64,000 bases of DNA, from assembly GCA_010015585.1 (NCBI GenBank), contig ML975160.1. One strand, given 5' to 3'. Position numbers and translations under genes: made by a program. Every line of letters starts with the position of its first letter. The first letter of the stretch is position 1. Positions 12,481 to 25,990 of the stretch are shown here, piece after piece. The notes below the pieces were generated by a model that was not told the DNA's origin, made no database searches, and saw only the letters and a list, made by a program, of their open reading frames with translations. The stretch comes from Eremomyces bilateralis CBS 781.70. Its lineage: Eukaryota.

Positions 12481-15400
12481 GATGCGAATGCGATCGTTTG
12501 TATACGAGATTCTTGATTCGGGACAAAAGAAAGTCACGGCAGGCCACTGTTTCAGGGACCTTGAGAAGGAACACTTGATGAAGAGATTGAAAGAACAGAT
12601 ATTGTGTACGAGAAAGGTGAGGACTGAAGAGACATGGGTAATACCAGATTATTGTTTAGATAGCGCAAGGTGGAGATGTCTCCACCGCCACCTGTCAAGC
12701 CCAATGGGAATACGAACACTCTATGGTCAATTTCTCAGTAAACGTCTTTCATACTTCCGTGATTTAATAGCCTGTCAGACGGTTCAACGCGTCTGTTGTC
12801 CGAGGATGACTTGAATCTGCTTCAAAGGAATGACGCACTGGGGACTGATATTGTCTGAACAGCGAACTGAAATGAAAAGCGTTGAGCTGTGGGGGCTTTG
12901 CTCCTTCCTCTTCCGGAGTTCTGAGTAGTGCCTAATTTACCACATTTTTCTTGCTGCAATCGATATTACTATATCGCCATTTTCTCCTACGCCTCATCAG
13001 TCATCGCCGACACCTACAGACATTATTGATGAATGCGAGATGGAAATCCCATAGCAGGCCGTACCAGGGTTCAACGGATGAATTATCAAGTCATCCCTTT
13101 AGAGCCAGCCGCCAACGTCCATTCCTGTCATCTGGCCGTGGGTCACCGCGTATCTACAGCACTGCAGGTCGTAGACTGTCCCTCCAGTCTCCCCTCACCA
13201 GTCACCACGCGCTGCGAGACGAGATCACGAGGAGTCCTCTGGAGTCTGAACGGTAATGTCGTACAAGAAATGGTGCTACCAGCCAATATTTCACTGCATT
13301 TACCGTTCTCGTCCTCAATTCATCTATGCAGTACGCACTAATAGCAGCGATGGGAGACTCAGTCCGCCCAATCCATCTCAAGTTCTCAGCAATGCAATCA
13401 ACGGGCCAGATGTAAAACCAATCAGGAAGTAGGTATATCACCCTGAAAGCTCGAAGCTGGCCCGCCAAGAGGAAAGAGTGAATTCGACACTAGCAATTTG
13501 AGTATGACACAATCAAAAACACGCTTTAGAATTGATCTCGCAGCATGATCCGATTGGTGGATGATATTAAGTTTCCGTTTCGGATTCATCTGGCTTTTGA
13601 ATTTTAATCCATCGACGGAATTTTTTCGATAGCTCCTAGACTTAATGATATCGAAGTCATTGTCGTATCGAATTCATCCTGCTCGACCTGCTGTCAAACA
13701 ATCTATCCTGCGCCAGCTTGACGCACTGTCGTCATGCAGGAGATGCAAGCCTAGCATGCAACCGACTCTGAGCCCATCTAAGACCGTTGTTGTGCCATGG
13801 CGGAGCATTCCGAGCCGGTAAAACTTGCGATCTTTTAGGGCAGAAAGCCACAGCTGTCCGAATGCTCATGCACGATGTTCAAGCATCCGCAGGAATTGTG
13901 CCAGCCTTTCGAGGATCAGCGCCCAAATGGGCAACGCCTCTGAAGATTTAGCGTCGGTGCTCAGGCATGGTGGGATCATGAATCTTGATCCGAGCGGCTG
14001 CAAATTTCGGAACAGATGACAAGGCGAGCCGGAGAGGCAAACTCCCCAGTCCTTTGTGAAGAGTAGAGGAACTGTCATGGCTTCTGCGGTTGTGCCTGGT
14101 CAAGTCATTACTACCCCAGACAGAATTTCGGTTGTGCTCCGAAAGGCGGAAATCTTGGAGGTTTCATCAGAATCCTTGACAACGCGCTGTCCTTAGTCCT
14201 TCTTCCCTCGACCCTCGTCCTTCATTTGGCCCCTGTCCGTGTCCTTTTTGGATTCTCGGTCGATGTCCCGAGAGCTTTCTCGAAGTTTGGCCGCCTTGGC
14301 GGTCGCAAGGGTCAGAGTTCAGATTTCCCAAAAAGCACGAGGATCGCACGATGGGCGCCGACCGCCGGGCGGTGGTCATCTCCAACCGAGGACCCACCCA
14401 ATGATGTTAGGTTCGTCTAGACCACGCTCACAGTAATCATCGCAATTCGCATCGTGTTGGTGGTCGTAGTCTCGTAAACACCAGTAATAGCAAGCACATC
14501 AGGGAGGCAATCTCCTACGGGCTACGATGGCGTGTGAATAGAGATGGATCGAAAACGATTGGGACTTGAGTGGTGAGGGAGTTTTCACTTTTCAGCCACC
14601 GCCAATCGTGCCTCTAAATGGTCCCCTCCGGATCCATCTTGGAAAGAGTTTCTTGACAGATCATCTCTGACGGCCCGAGCTTAACACGGATGCCATCCGG
14701 CATATCTTGCATATGAAATGTGAATGGCTCATGTGCTGACAGCTCGACATCTAGCATCTTGTGACAGCGCCGAATAGCGGTCTAACCACAACCAGTTCCA
14801 TCGTAGGAAATCACAGAATAGCAGCAACCCATTATTAACGAAGCCAGTCATGAAGCATGGATTGTCAAGGAACGCAGACCGTGGTTTTGATTTGGTCATG
14901 GAGCCCTCACGAGAAGCCCTTCGAGTTTCAAAGAGCATTATATTTCCCGAGCATGGAAACATGGCGGCAGCCTGGCAGGGCGTGAGCCCTACTTCCTGTC
15001 GCGAGTTCTCGTCTTGGTGGTACAAGAAGGCCGTTTCATGGGGCTGACCAGTCGGAAATGATAACGATCCAGCCATTCTCGAGACCCTAATCGGGCTTCA
15101 TCGTGGGCCGGTTGGTTTATTGCAGGCGAACGTCGTGCATGGTTTGCCCTGATTCAGACGAAGAGGGTCGATACAGATTACAGACGCACCCACATGTCCG
15201 GCTGTCCCTCAAGAAGAAACGAGTTCGTAACCCCACAGCCTGGGCGGATCAGCGTGTCGGACATGAGATGCGGTCATGGGAGGCTGGAGTCGGCTGCTCG
15301 CAGGACCAGAGGTGATTGTGCCAAAAGATCCCAGCCGATGGTGCAGACACCATTTGGCATATTTCATGCCGGACATATCTGTGTGCTGGACAGTGGACTG

Positions 15401-15775
15401 CTGGTGCCTGGGGGAAATGGGAATGAACTGGGATATACCCGATCCGTGAAGAGGTTTCTCAAGAAGGTTACTCTATAGAATTGATCTTCAAATGAATATA
15501 ATGTGGCTTGAAGAGGGTGAGCTGAGCTAGGTACCTTGGACATGAAATGACTGGCGACTGGGACCAGCAGTAGTATCGATTTTCATCTTCAACGTCTGAT
15601 TGACGTTTGACTGCCTCGACTGTCACAACATGAACGGTGTTGTGTTCGAGCATTCGTGGTGGCGCTTGACCTGGTTGGTGACTTGGTGTCTTGGTGACTG
15701 CAGACAGCAGCTCTTGCGCATCTTCGGCTTCCGCCAGACCACCATCTCCTTTGTCTCCTCGTGAACGGCATGAAC

Positions 15776-15810
15776 CATCTGCAATCTGTAATCTGCAATC
15801 CGCAATCTGC
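15776..15810. repeat. Degenerate heptamer microsatellite (TCTGCAA)x~4.5
   Basis: catctgcaatctgtaatctgcaatccgcaatctgc. Confidence 0.7.
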
Positions 15811-17492
15811 GTTCTAAAATGGCTAGCACAACTAACAACTGACAATCCACTGGGCCCAGAATATTCCCAGATCCTCGCGCCTTGGCCGACGATCTCAAAC
15901 CGCCAGCTCTCGCACACGACATGATGAAGAGTCAGAACAAAGGCAAATTCCCGACTCTCCTGTGTATACGTTCCCCAACCGGACCGATCGTAAATTAGCG
16001 AATCTGCCAGTTAACAGTTTCCCTGATTTCCCCCCCCGACGTCTGCAGCGATGCATTCTAGAGCCGATTAAGGTTACCTCACGATAATTCATTAACGCGG
16101 TCCGGGCGCTGATGTCGTACGCTGTAATCATCATGCTTCTGCAGTTCGACGCTACAGCTGGCTCCAACCTTCCCCTGGAGAATGTTCACGTTTTTGGCCT
16201 TGCACTCTTGCTAGCGGGATGGCCGGATGGCGGATCATGGCTGATGATCAAGCGACAAGCGGTCATCGGTATCAAGACCAGCGACGGATGAGCTAAGATG
16301 GTGAGGAGTTAGTGTTATTGCGATCTGAATATTGCTGGTCAATGATTTGCCTTGCCGCCGACAGATCCTAGTCTTCACCCTGCAGTGGACATTCGGTGGC
16401 GGTATCGTTCCTTTGATCCTTTCTCTCTTCGCATGCTTTTCCGATTTGCCGACAGCAAAATCATTTCCAATTCGAAACTAACCTGTGAGATAGTTGGCTT
16501 TTCATCCAGATTGCCCCAAGCGTGGCTTTTGGCTGTTAGTAACCTAACAACCTTCCATCTAGCCCCCGTCCTTCGAGCGCCGATTAAGTCACGGACTTCG
16601 AAGTGACCCGTTCCGAGAAGCATGCATTCTTCTGACCAACATCCAATTGCTGGTGTGATAGGTAGACGAACTTTCATATGAACTCGTTTTCCGCTTGAGT
16701 GAAGCCGGTTCGAACTCCAGCCTATTCCCAAACCTCCAAAGCCCAGCCTCTGCCTCGCGCACTTTCCGTGTTGTGAATTTATGCATGCGGGGGTCCGAAT
16801 TTATTGAATCGCGTTTAAAGTTTGATTTAAACCCTATATTGAACCCTATTCCGTTTCCAGGTGCCGGGACGGGTTTCGCTCTCGGTAACCATCCGGGTTG
16901 ATTGATCGAACATCCTCCTCCGCAATTTCGAACCTGCTTCTCTTTGAGTCCAAAACTTTATCTTCGTTTGGAAACCCGTCTCCCCTTCCCAGTTGCGCTC
17001 TTCATATTCCTGAGACGAAGGTTCGAATTCGACTCGCGACCCGCTTCCCCAATCCCTGGCCACCTTTGCATCAGCGTCCCGACCCTGGATGCATTGCTTT
17101 CGGCGACTTCGGTTGATGGTTGGAGCTGGTCACACTGGGACGAATGCGCTGCATGAAGAGCATGGAACCATCGCCCTGGATTGAATATTGTCTTCCGCTT
17201 CTTTGACTTGATCTATCCTGATTTTCCACGGGGTCGAAGAAAGTTTAGGTTATGGTAATCCATGTGCCTCTGGACCTGCTAGGCATATCCCAGACGAGAA
17301 CTTCGGTTTCTGCACCCGTTTATATTCTCTCCACACTCATCATTTGGAGTCGCTCTACCCCTCCAAACCAGGGTTGATATCCCAATCCCGATATCTACAG
17401 ACGATTCCAGTCCGAAGTTCAGGTCCATCGCCGCCCTCATCCCTCGCTCGTTTCAACATCAACCGGACACTAATCTCGACCATTTAACATCT

Positions 17493-20324
17493 ATGTCAAT
17501 GTCCACTGTCGTAGCACTTCCTCCTTTAGACTTTAGGATGGACCACTCGTTATCCAGCCCGTACTCACAATCTTCACATCTTCCACCCGTACGAACGCAA
17601 GACCATCATCACGGCTCCGCTACGACTGGTTCGCCTCATTCGTATATCCCGCCTCCGTCGGCGCTCTTTGCTCATCCAAGGCTCCCTCAGCATCCATCTG
17701 TTCCTGGCCCTTCCCATAGACTGCACGCGGACACCCGGCCACTTCCTGGACATGGACCCAACCCTTACAGCCATGCTTATGGTAATTCTTCTGTCTCGCC
17801 AAGCACAGCGGGTAGTGGATTCCATGACGATCCTGCCCTAGCTGCTGCTGGCATTTCACCGACGGGCATGTCGGCCAGCTTGTCTGCTCAGAAGCGTGCT
17901 TATAGACAACGACGAAAAGATCCAAGCTGCGATGCGTGTCGCGAGCGCAAGGTGAAGGTAAATCATTTGCGAGGGTTGCGCACAATAAGTATAGCTGACG
18001 TATTTTAGTGCGATGCGACCGAAACATCAAGTTGCTCGGAGTGCTCGAGCCGAAGCGTGAAATGCCAATTCACGAAGGAGACTAACAGGCGGATGTCTTC
18101 CATCAAGTAAGTTTGTTCCTTGGAACGGTCATGGCACGTATAGCTGAGTAATGATTAACGAAGTAAAAGACAAGTGCAAGACCTCCAGGCTCAGCTCGCG
18201 GATGCAAAGCAGCAAATCTCAAAGCTGCAATCGGTCCTCCGTGAAGCCGGGTCACCAATCGTGGACAGTTCATCTTCGGATGGCCAGACTCTCAAGCTTC
18301 CGGAGATTATGCCGCCGACAAACCAGAAGGTTGGGCCCCCTCGGATGGCAGACTTTGAGCACGTTCGCAAGAAGATCCGGATGTATGGCCGGGGTATTTT
18401 CAAAGTGCCGCCTCCATATCGACAACAGGCACCGCAACCGGTACTGAATGCCTCGTCGGAATATACTCCGTTGCCCAAGAAAGAGTTTGCTGACAAATTG
18501 CTGACGCAATACTACAATTCGGTGCATCGACATACTCCGCTATTGCATTGGCCTACGTTTCGGCAAGATGTGGATAGGCTGTACGAGAAAGGCTCGTTTA
18601 TCGGCACGAAACAAGTATGGATGGCATTGTTCTTTGCTGTCCTCGCAAACGGAACGGTCCAAAGCCAAGAGATATCGTCAGGGGGTGATGTCTCGGATGA
18701 AGTGGAAGGGACCAACTTTTTGAAAATCGCCGCCAAGATGATCAATACCTGGACGGACGAAATCGTCATCGACCATGTTCGGACGACCCTGCTCGTTAGC
18801 ATTTTTCTAATTGAGCGCAATTTGAAGAGCGCAGGGTGGGTCTGGCACGGCATGGCTGTGCGAATGTCCCAGGAGACCGGGCTGCATTGCGAAACAGGAC
18901 CGTGGCCACTGGTAGACGGAGAGTTGAGACGACGGGTATGGTGGGGCGTCTATTCTTGGGATCGGTAAGTCAGGGGATTCTGAATCATTCTTCTCCCGTG
19001 TCGATGTCGTTTAACCGGCTGTAGCCTCTTGGCCCTCGAAGGAGGTCGACCACTATACATCGACGATGACGATTGTGACGTCGGCTGGCCATGTCCCGTG
19101 GACGACATTTACGTACAACCTCATGGTATTATGAAACCGCCCGAAGACCAGCTTCCTCACAGTAGCGTCGCGTTTGTCATTCCGATCATGCGATTCATAG
19201 CCCAACTCAAAAAGACCCTCAAAACCCGGGTAATCGCTCCAGCAACCCTAAAAACCTACGAAGACTACTTTACAGCCATCATGTCATCATTCCCACGGCC
19301 TTATCAATTGAACTCCGACCAATACCTGGAACCGCATGCTCTTCATGTCGTCTTCATGCTACAAATGGCCAGATTTCACCTCTATCGACACAACCTATCC
19401 TCCATATGCCCTCCCGCCGACAGAATCGATGCGCTCAACCGCTGTCTTTCAGTCGCCCACGACACGGTCCGTTACATATGCCGCTCACTTCCTTCGCCTC
19501 CCTCGTCACCGACCAGCGCATCGTACCCCGACCCCCAATGGTGTACGGGCCTCAAATCAACCGTCTCAAACTACTTCTGTGTCCATCTTTGGCGCTGCAT
19601 TCTCTTCCTCTGCCTGCGCGGCAACTACCGGTCTGCCCTCAAATGCATCGCTCTCAGCTCGACCATCGGCGAAATGCGCCGGATAAACACCGCGTGCGGG
19701 CGCAACCTCTCCCACGTTCTTAACGTCCTGCTGGAGCGCCACCGAGGCGGTGTCTCCCAGGATCTCCTCGAAGGCGACGAAGAGATCCTCGCATACATCT
19801 CCGGAGACATGCAAGGCAGCATCGACGAAAGCTGGGTATGGGTCGGCAGCGAGACGGGCGTGCGACTCACGCAGACGCAGGGACCGCTTCCAACCGATCC
19901 GACCGCGATGCTCTCGAGGCCTGCTGACTCCGAGGAATCGGCATCCGAAGCCGCCAATGTAGCGGTAGCTGCTCACCCGGGGGCAATGCTAACGGAACAG
20001 GAGACGAAAGAATGGGGTGGTTGGGAACGTATCGAGAGCCTTATTCATCAGTTAATCGAGGAGCAGACAAGACAACGGAAATACCGGGAGAGTGCTGGGA
20101 GAGGCCAGGTTGGAGAGATGATGGAGCCCGGGCAGGAGAGACTCCCTGGTCGGGAAAGGAAACGCGAGGACGATATCCACCCGTACAGTCAGAACGCCGC
20201 GAATGCCGCGAAGAGAGTGCATCTTGCGGCACCGCAGACGTCGGCACCGAGCCCTGGAGCATCGGGAACGGTGTCCAGTCCTGGAGCGAACTCCAGTCGG
20301 ATAAGCATCGCGAATATCATATGA
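17493..20324 (+). CDS. Zn(II)2Cys6 transcription factor with fungal-specific TF domain, 4 exons
   Basis: CDACRERKVK|CDATETSSCSECSSRSVKC binuclear cluster across an intron; middle homology region GLHCE...ELRRRVWWGVYSWDR. Confidence 0.93.
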
Positions 20325-21503
20325 GAAGCGAGGCTACGATGTGCCAGATGCCCAGACGACGCAAGAGCGGCACACCGTTGACTTAAGAGCGTCGAAGTGC
20401 GCCACCAGGTCGCTGCAGGATCCAAAGGAGCTGGAAATTTCCTCCCTTGCTTCAGAGGTTCCTCAGACAGGTATGAATCGAGACGCACCCCAGAGGTGTA
20501 AAACCACGTTGCATACCTGTACCTTACTCGATGGTCGCGTAACCAACATTCTGTTCCCAATGCGCATTTCCTACCTGGAACAGAATGATCTAATCCGGTT
20601 TTCTGTAAATAATATGCACATAAACGAGGCAAATTCGAGAATGGGAGGCATACGCCGGCGGCATCTTTCAGCAAATTCCTGCTGTAGTATCACGCTATGA
20701 AAGCTACCACGGCTGACTGCCTTACTCGAATTTTCCCACTAGACGCTTGAGATCGTCATGTCACTCATGACAGCAGTTACATTCAGCAATTAAACCTGCG
20801 CGTAAACGAAATGGCATGCATTTATTGCCGCAATACCAGACACCGGAGACACGTTGCAGTCATCCAACCGTGGCGGGGTCAGGATACCTTGCAGAGTGCA
20901 CCAGAGAACAGTGAACACCAGCCAATGCCAGTGAGTAACTTTATGCCACGCAGCCCATCCGGTTTAGTTGCAATAAAATGAAATGGAGAACCCGAGACCA
21001 AACCCCAGTCCATGGGTGTGACGCGCCGGCTCCCGAAAGCTTGAATTTCTCCTGAACTTGCCTAGTGCCCCACGGAACCAGGTTACATTCGATCGTCCTT
21101 CAGCCAGCCTGTCAGCTTCATCAACTTCATTCGAAGCAAAAGCAACGAGTAATTGGCATCTCATGATTGTCACGTAAGCTCTATGGCAGTGCGAGGGAAT
21201 CAGAATAAGTACGGAGTACCTGTAAGATTATACGCGGTACGGAAGGCGGTGGAAGCGCTGAATGGTCACTCTCATTCTTCAACATGCATTCGCAAGGTAC
21301 AGGAAGCGAGATGCCGGTATTTGTGATAGGAGACTGTCATCTTCCTGGCCTCTCGAAGCTCCTTGCGCCGGCTCGACCGACATGTACGTGAGCATTTAAA
21401 CCCGCAGCTCCCCCTTAGTTTCTGCGCAGTTCATACAAGCTTCTTGTTGGCTTTTTCGACCTTTGAAGAATAAAAGTATTTGCACTGAGTCGGAGACTTC
21501 ACA

Positions 21504-23412
21504 ATGGTGCTCTCTGCTATCCCTTCCGAAGCGGAGGCCAAACAGGCTATTGTTGAGGGAATCGAGAAGTTGAGATTGACCGAAGACGCGGCGACGGTGG
21601 TAAGATTCCTTTCCAGCTTTCTCGTGCTTGGATAGGGCGCATCATTTCCCCGCAAAGCTGGTATACCCTGTTCAAGGGTCAAATATATGCCTCCAAGGTA
21701 TCTGACTGTTTTGGTCACTACTGAGTCTTGCTTCAGCCCGTCTACGGCTCGCATTATGCCAGCCAGGACCTTCCTAAATACGAGATTCCAGACGAGGCAA
21801 TGCCACGAGAAATCGCGTACCGAATGATACGGGATGAATTGACTCTTGATGGCACTCCCACGCTGAAGTACGCTCCGAGCTGCTTGACAGGTACGGCGAC
21901 TGATAGAAGACTAACCAGAGCAACAGTCTCGCAAGCTTCGTCACGACATACATGGAGGATGAAGCCGAAAAGCTCATGACCATGTGCCTGCCGAAAAACT
22001 TCATTGATTACGAAGAGTACCCGGTTTCGGCCGACATTCAAAATCGATGTGTGTGTATGATTGCGCGGTTGTTCAACATCTCTTACCGCAGTGGACGCCA
22101 ACCCGTAGGTACCAGCACGGTCGGAAGCTCAGAGGCCATCATGCTTGCTGTTCTTGCAATGAAGAAGCGTTGGCAGATCAAGATGAGGGAGGCTGGGAAA
22201 GACGCCAGCACCCCGAATATGATCATGAGCGCGTCAGTGCAGGTCTGCTGGGAGAAGGCAGCTCGATATTTCGATGTATGGTCCCCGGTTCAACGATTGA
22301 CCTTTCGACTGATCAATGCGTAGGTTGAGGAGCGCTTCGTGAACTGCACCGCGGAACGCTACGTGATAGACCCGGAGCAAGCCGTGGATCTGGTGGACGA
22401 GAACACCATCGGAATTTGCACGATCCTTGGCTCTACGTACACCGGCGAGTACGAGGATATCAAGGGAATCAATGACATCCTGGAGGAGAAGAACTTGGAT
22501 GTGCCGATTCACGTCGATGCAGCTTCAGGTGGCTTCGTCACCCCTTTTGTGAACCCGGACTTGGTGTGGGATTTTCGACTATCAAAGGTTGTCTCCATCA
22601 ACGTTTCTGGTCACAAGTATGGCCTAGTGGTAAGTCTATAGTGTTGGAACTAGCTGCACGCTCGCGAGTCTTCGTCTTACAGGTCGCACAGTACCCTGGT
22701 GTCGGTTGGTGCGTGTGGAAGGACCCTGAGTATCTGCCAAAGGATCTCATCTTCAACATCAATTATCTCGGCGCCGACCAAGCCTCCTTCACTCTGAACT
22801 TTTCTCGCGGCGCCTCACAGATCATCGGACAATACTACCAGCTCATCCGACTAGGCAAGGTCGGCTACCGCAGCATCATGCTGAACATCACTCGGATCGC
22901 CGACTACCTGAGCGCTGCTCTTCAAGCTCTCGGGTTCCTCATCATGTCCAAAGGCGGAGGTCAAGGTCTCCCCTTGGTTGCCTTCCGTCTCGACATGGAT
23001 CAAGAGTATGAGTTCGACGAATACGCCGTGGCCCATCAGCTTCGAGAACGTGGCTGGATCGTTCCAGCATACACGTCGCCCCCTACCGCCAGCATCAAAA
23101 TGATGCGGATCGTGGTTCGCGAAGATTTCTCCAGGAGCCGATGCGATGCGTTGATCGCCGACATGAAGTTCACCCTGGAAACATTGAAGACGATGGATGC
23201 CAAGAGGATTCGCATGCACAAAGAGTAAGTTTGGAGATTCCACTCGTGGTGATGGCATATTATGCTGTGCTTGCATCGCGCTAACGACTGCAAGTAGGCA
23301 TATCAAGCATTTGAATAATACCAATAAGCAGTCGCGTCGTAGCTCCACTTGGTCTATTACGGAGAATCATAGTCTGCAAGGAAAGCATGGAAAGACGCAC
23401 GGAGTGTGCTAA
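21504..23412 (+). CDS. GAD1: Glutamate decarboxylase (PLP-dependent), multi-exon
   Basis: [44 protein letters not shown] lysine in [11 protein letters not shown] and C-terminal GKTHGVC*. Confidence 0.95.
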
Positions 23413-24041
23413 TGTGGTGAAAGGTTATGCGCAATAGGTGTCACTTGGTGACCAACTGACCATTATCTTGAATGAGGCTGAGTTTCTTCCAGGATATGAA
23501 CGACTGATGACCATTGGAGGTAGTGCCTATATGCAAATTTGAGAAACCCTGACACAGACATGGAGGGTTCCACCCCTTCACGAGTACGCATTGCTTTACT
23601 ATCTTGATTCTGTCGTCCACTTGAAGGTGGCGGAGACACCACTTCGAAGCTGTCCAGATACGCGAAGTGTCGTACAACAGCATGAGGATCCAAATCTCCG
23701 GGTATTCGAAGATGGTTTGTATTTGCCACTCTTGAGGCTCTTAACTGAATCAAGGCCTTATGATATTTCGTAGTAGATGTGGTAAGTTCAGGGAGGCAAT
23801 GTTGGTTTATTTTTGTGTTATTGGAATGTCTTGAACCGAATTCACATCGGCGTGATATTTCACATTCAGTCATTCACATGGACCACCCAACTTCATAATT
23901 GAAAACGCAGGACTTATTTGGGACATTCGTTTCTTTCTGTACCAATATCCTTCTACAACTCTCATTTCCTAATTCTCTTCACAGCCCACTCAGAGTCAAT
24001 TCACACCCTTGCTAATTAGGACGGAAACCAATACTGCAACG

Positions 24042-25466
24042 ATGGAGGTCGAGTCCCCATATTCCAACATGGAGGCCTATCTCCTGGCCCTGGCTTCCAT
24101 GATCATGGCTTCCGTGATCCTGGGTGCAACTCTCTCATTCGTAACTACGATGTATTCAGCCCTTCGTCGACAGGTTGACAGGACACCAGACAATTGGGTC
24201 GACCCGCTCCCCTCTGCTCCCAGCTCACCACTCGAAGATCCTTTCCACACTCCTATCGAAACTCAGATAGTTTTACAGCAGTATGAGTCCCTTACTCTTG
24301 ATGACCTTTATCAATGCCGGCCGCCTCGGTTCCCAGACAGGGAGCGATACGCGTTGAACATGGGTCTCTGCAAGCTGTTTCACGATGACTGGATCGAGGT
24401 CGATGAACGGTACCTTGCATATCATTCCGTCCGAGCGAAGATTCTGGAAGAGATGGGAAGCGAGGCCATCCATAGGGTTTCGGGTGCTGAAGAGGCAGAG
24501 AAGGAGCTCTTCGATGAGGTGGTCAAACATCTCATCCAAAAGCACGGTAGATTTTTCGAGATCATACAGTCCTCGCCACACATATCCGAGAAGGATGGAC
24601 GGCAGTATGCCTCTTTTTCTCCGCGCCGAATCCGGAATCGATTGACTGGAGAGGAGTACCGGATTAGCCAGCCCACTATCCCCAGTCCGATGGAAATAGT
24701 GGCCCGGCTTTGTCAGGAGGATTTCAGCTTGTTAGTCAAGGAGCAGGATGGAAGTCACAGACTGTCAGTATCACTCCTGTGGATATTGCAAGAATGATCT
24801 CGGTACTAACAGATTTATCGAACAGGGCAGCGTAAGCGGTGACCCGGATCCACAAAACCGACTGTACTGATATGTGGACAGAAGCGCAACTCTCTTTCCA
24901 GCCGCATGGAGATTGAGGGAACGAATCGGGTGGCACGTCACTGATTTACATGGCACTGTACCTATGTGGCCGGAGAAACTTTCTGCACCTGTTGAACAGT
25001 GAGTTTGTTGTCCTTTTCCATGACTTTGGAGATCCAGGGGCATGTCATCAACAACTGACTGGGAATTCAAAGCTACTTCTCGCGCCTCTCGTCTGACTCG
25101 AACATGGCCCGCTTCGCCTTCTTTCCCGTGGTCATTCCCGCCGGCTCGACTCCCGCGCCTCATACATTCCTCTTTGCTCAAACCCCCGAAGATCTGGTAC
25201 CCAAAACTCCACCAGCACGTCCCGAAGAAGTTATCTTCCGGTTCGAGCGTCAGATATTCCGACGACTCCCAAAGACCAGTGCAATCGTGTTTACGGTGAA
25301 GACAAGCATGGCACCGTTGACCAGCCTCAACTTGGAGGACTGTAGGAGACTGGCTGTAACGGTGAGGAGTTGGCCGGCCGAGGTAGCAGAGTACAGAGGG
25401 GTGTTGATATGGGGAGATATGGTGCTGGACTGGTGTGATGCACAGCAGAAAGAGTACATGGAATAA
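24042..25466 (+). CDS. DUF3445 / heme-dependent oxidative N-demethylase alpha-subunit-like protein with N-terminal TM anchor
   Basis: MGLCKL...DWIEVD, QEDFSLL, SATLFPAAW...IG...LHGTVP and RFERQIFRRLPKTSAIVFTVKT. Exons include a 6-nt microexon. Confidence 0.85.
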
Positions 25467-25829
25467 CAAGATGGCTAAGAAGCCCACATCAGGAGCTAGT
25501 AAGCAATGAGTCTTACACAAAGGAGGGCCCATGGACCTTGGCGGTGGCCCTCAATGAGAACCACCGTATTCAGGATGTATAATCATGATCGCATACGGAC
25601 AGTATGGAATAGTAATCGCCTTACCAGGATACTAGTACGCTGTAGTATACGGGGCTTTTCTAACCACGAGAATAGCATTCATTGAGATCAGTAATGTCTC
25701 CTATCCCAAGATGATGATGTGCTTTGGAGTGTTCATGAAGTGATGCAAATGAAGTCGTTAGGGTCAAAGACAACTGTACGTAATATATCTAACCGGAAAG
25801 GGAATAATCCAGTCCCGCGTTCGCTCCTT

Positions 25830-25850
25830 CCCCCCCCCCCCCCCCCCCCC
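25830..25850. repeat. Poly-C tract (21 nt) in the nitrilase upstream region
   Basis: Uninterrupted C run about 140 bp upstream of ATG 25991. Confidence 0.9.
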
Positions 25851-25990
25851 GGCGCCCGCCTTTCACCTTTCAACCTCTTTGCTATTTAGTCGATCACTCA
25901 ACCTCTCTCAAATGGTATGGCTTCGAGACAATCACAGCCGTCGAGTCGGCAATTCCTTGATCTTCCTCTGAAGCTCTGCCATCCGCCATA

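Noticed and set aside
21210..21250. TPP riboswitch-like AGATTATAC segment
   Set aside because: It lacks the CTGAGA and GATCTGGATAATACCAGCG core elements and has no thiamine-related host gene.
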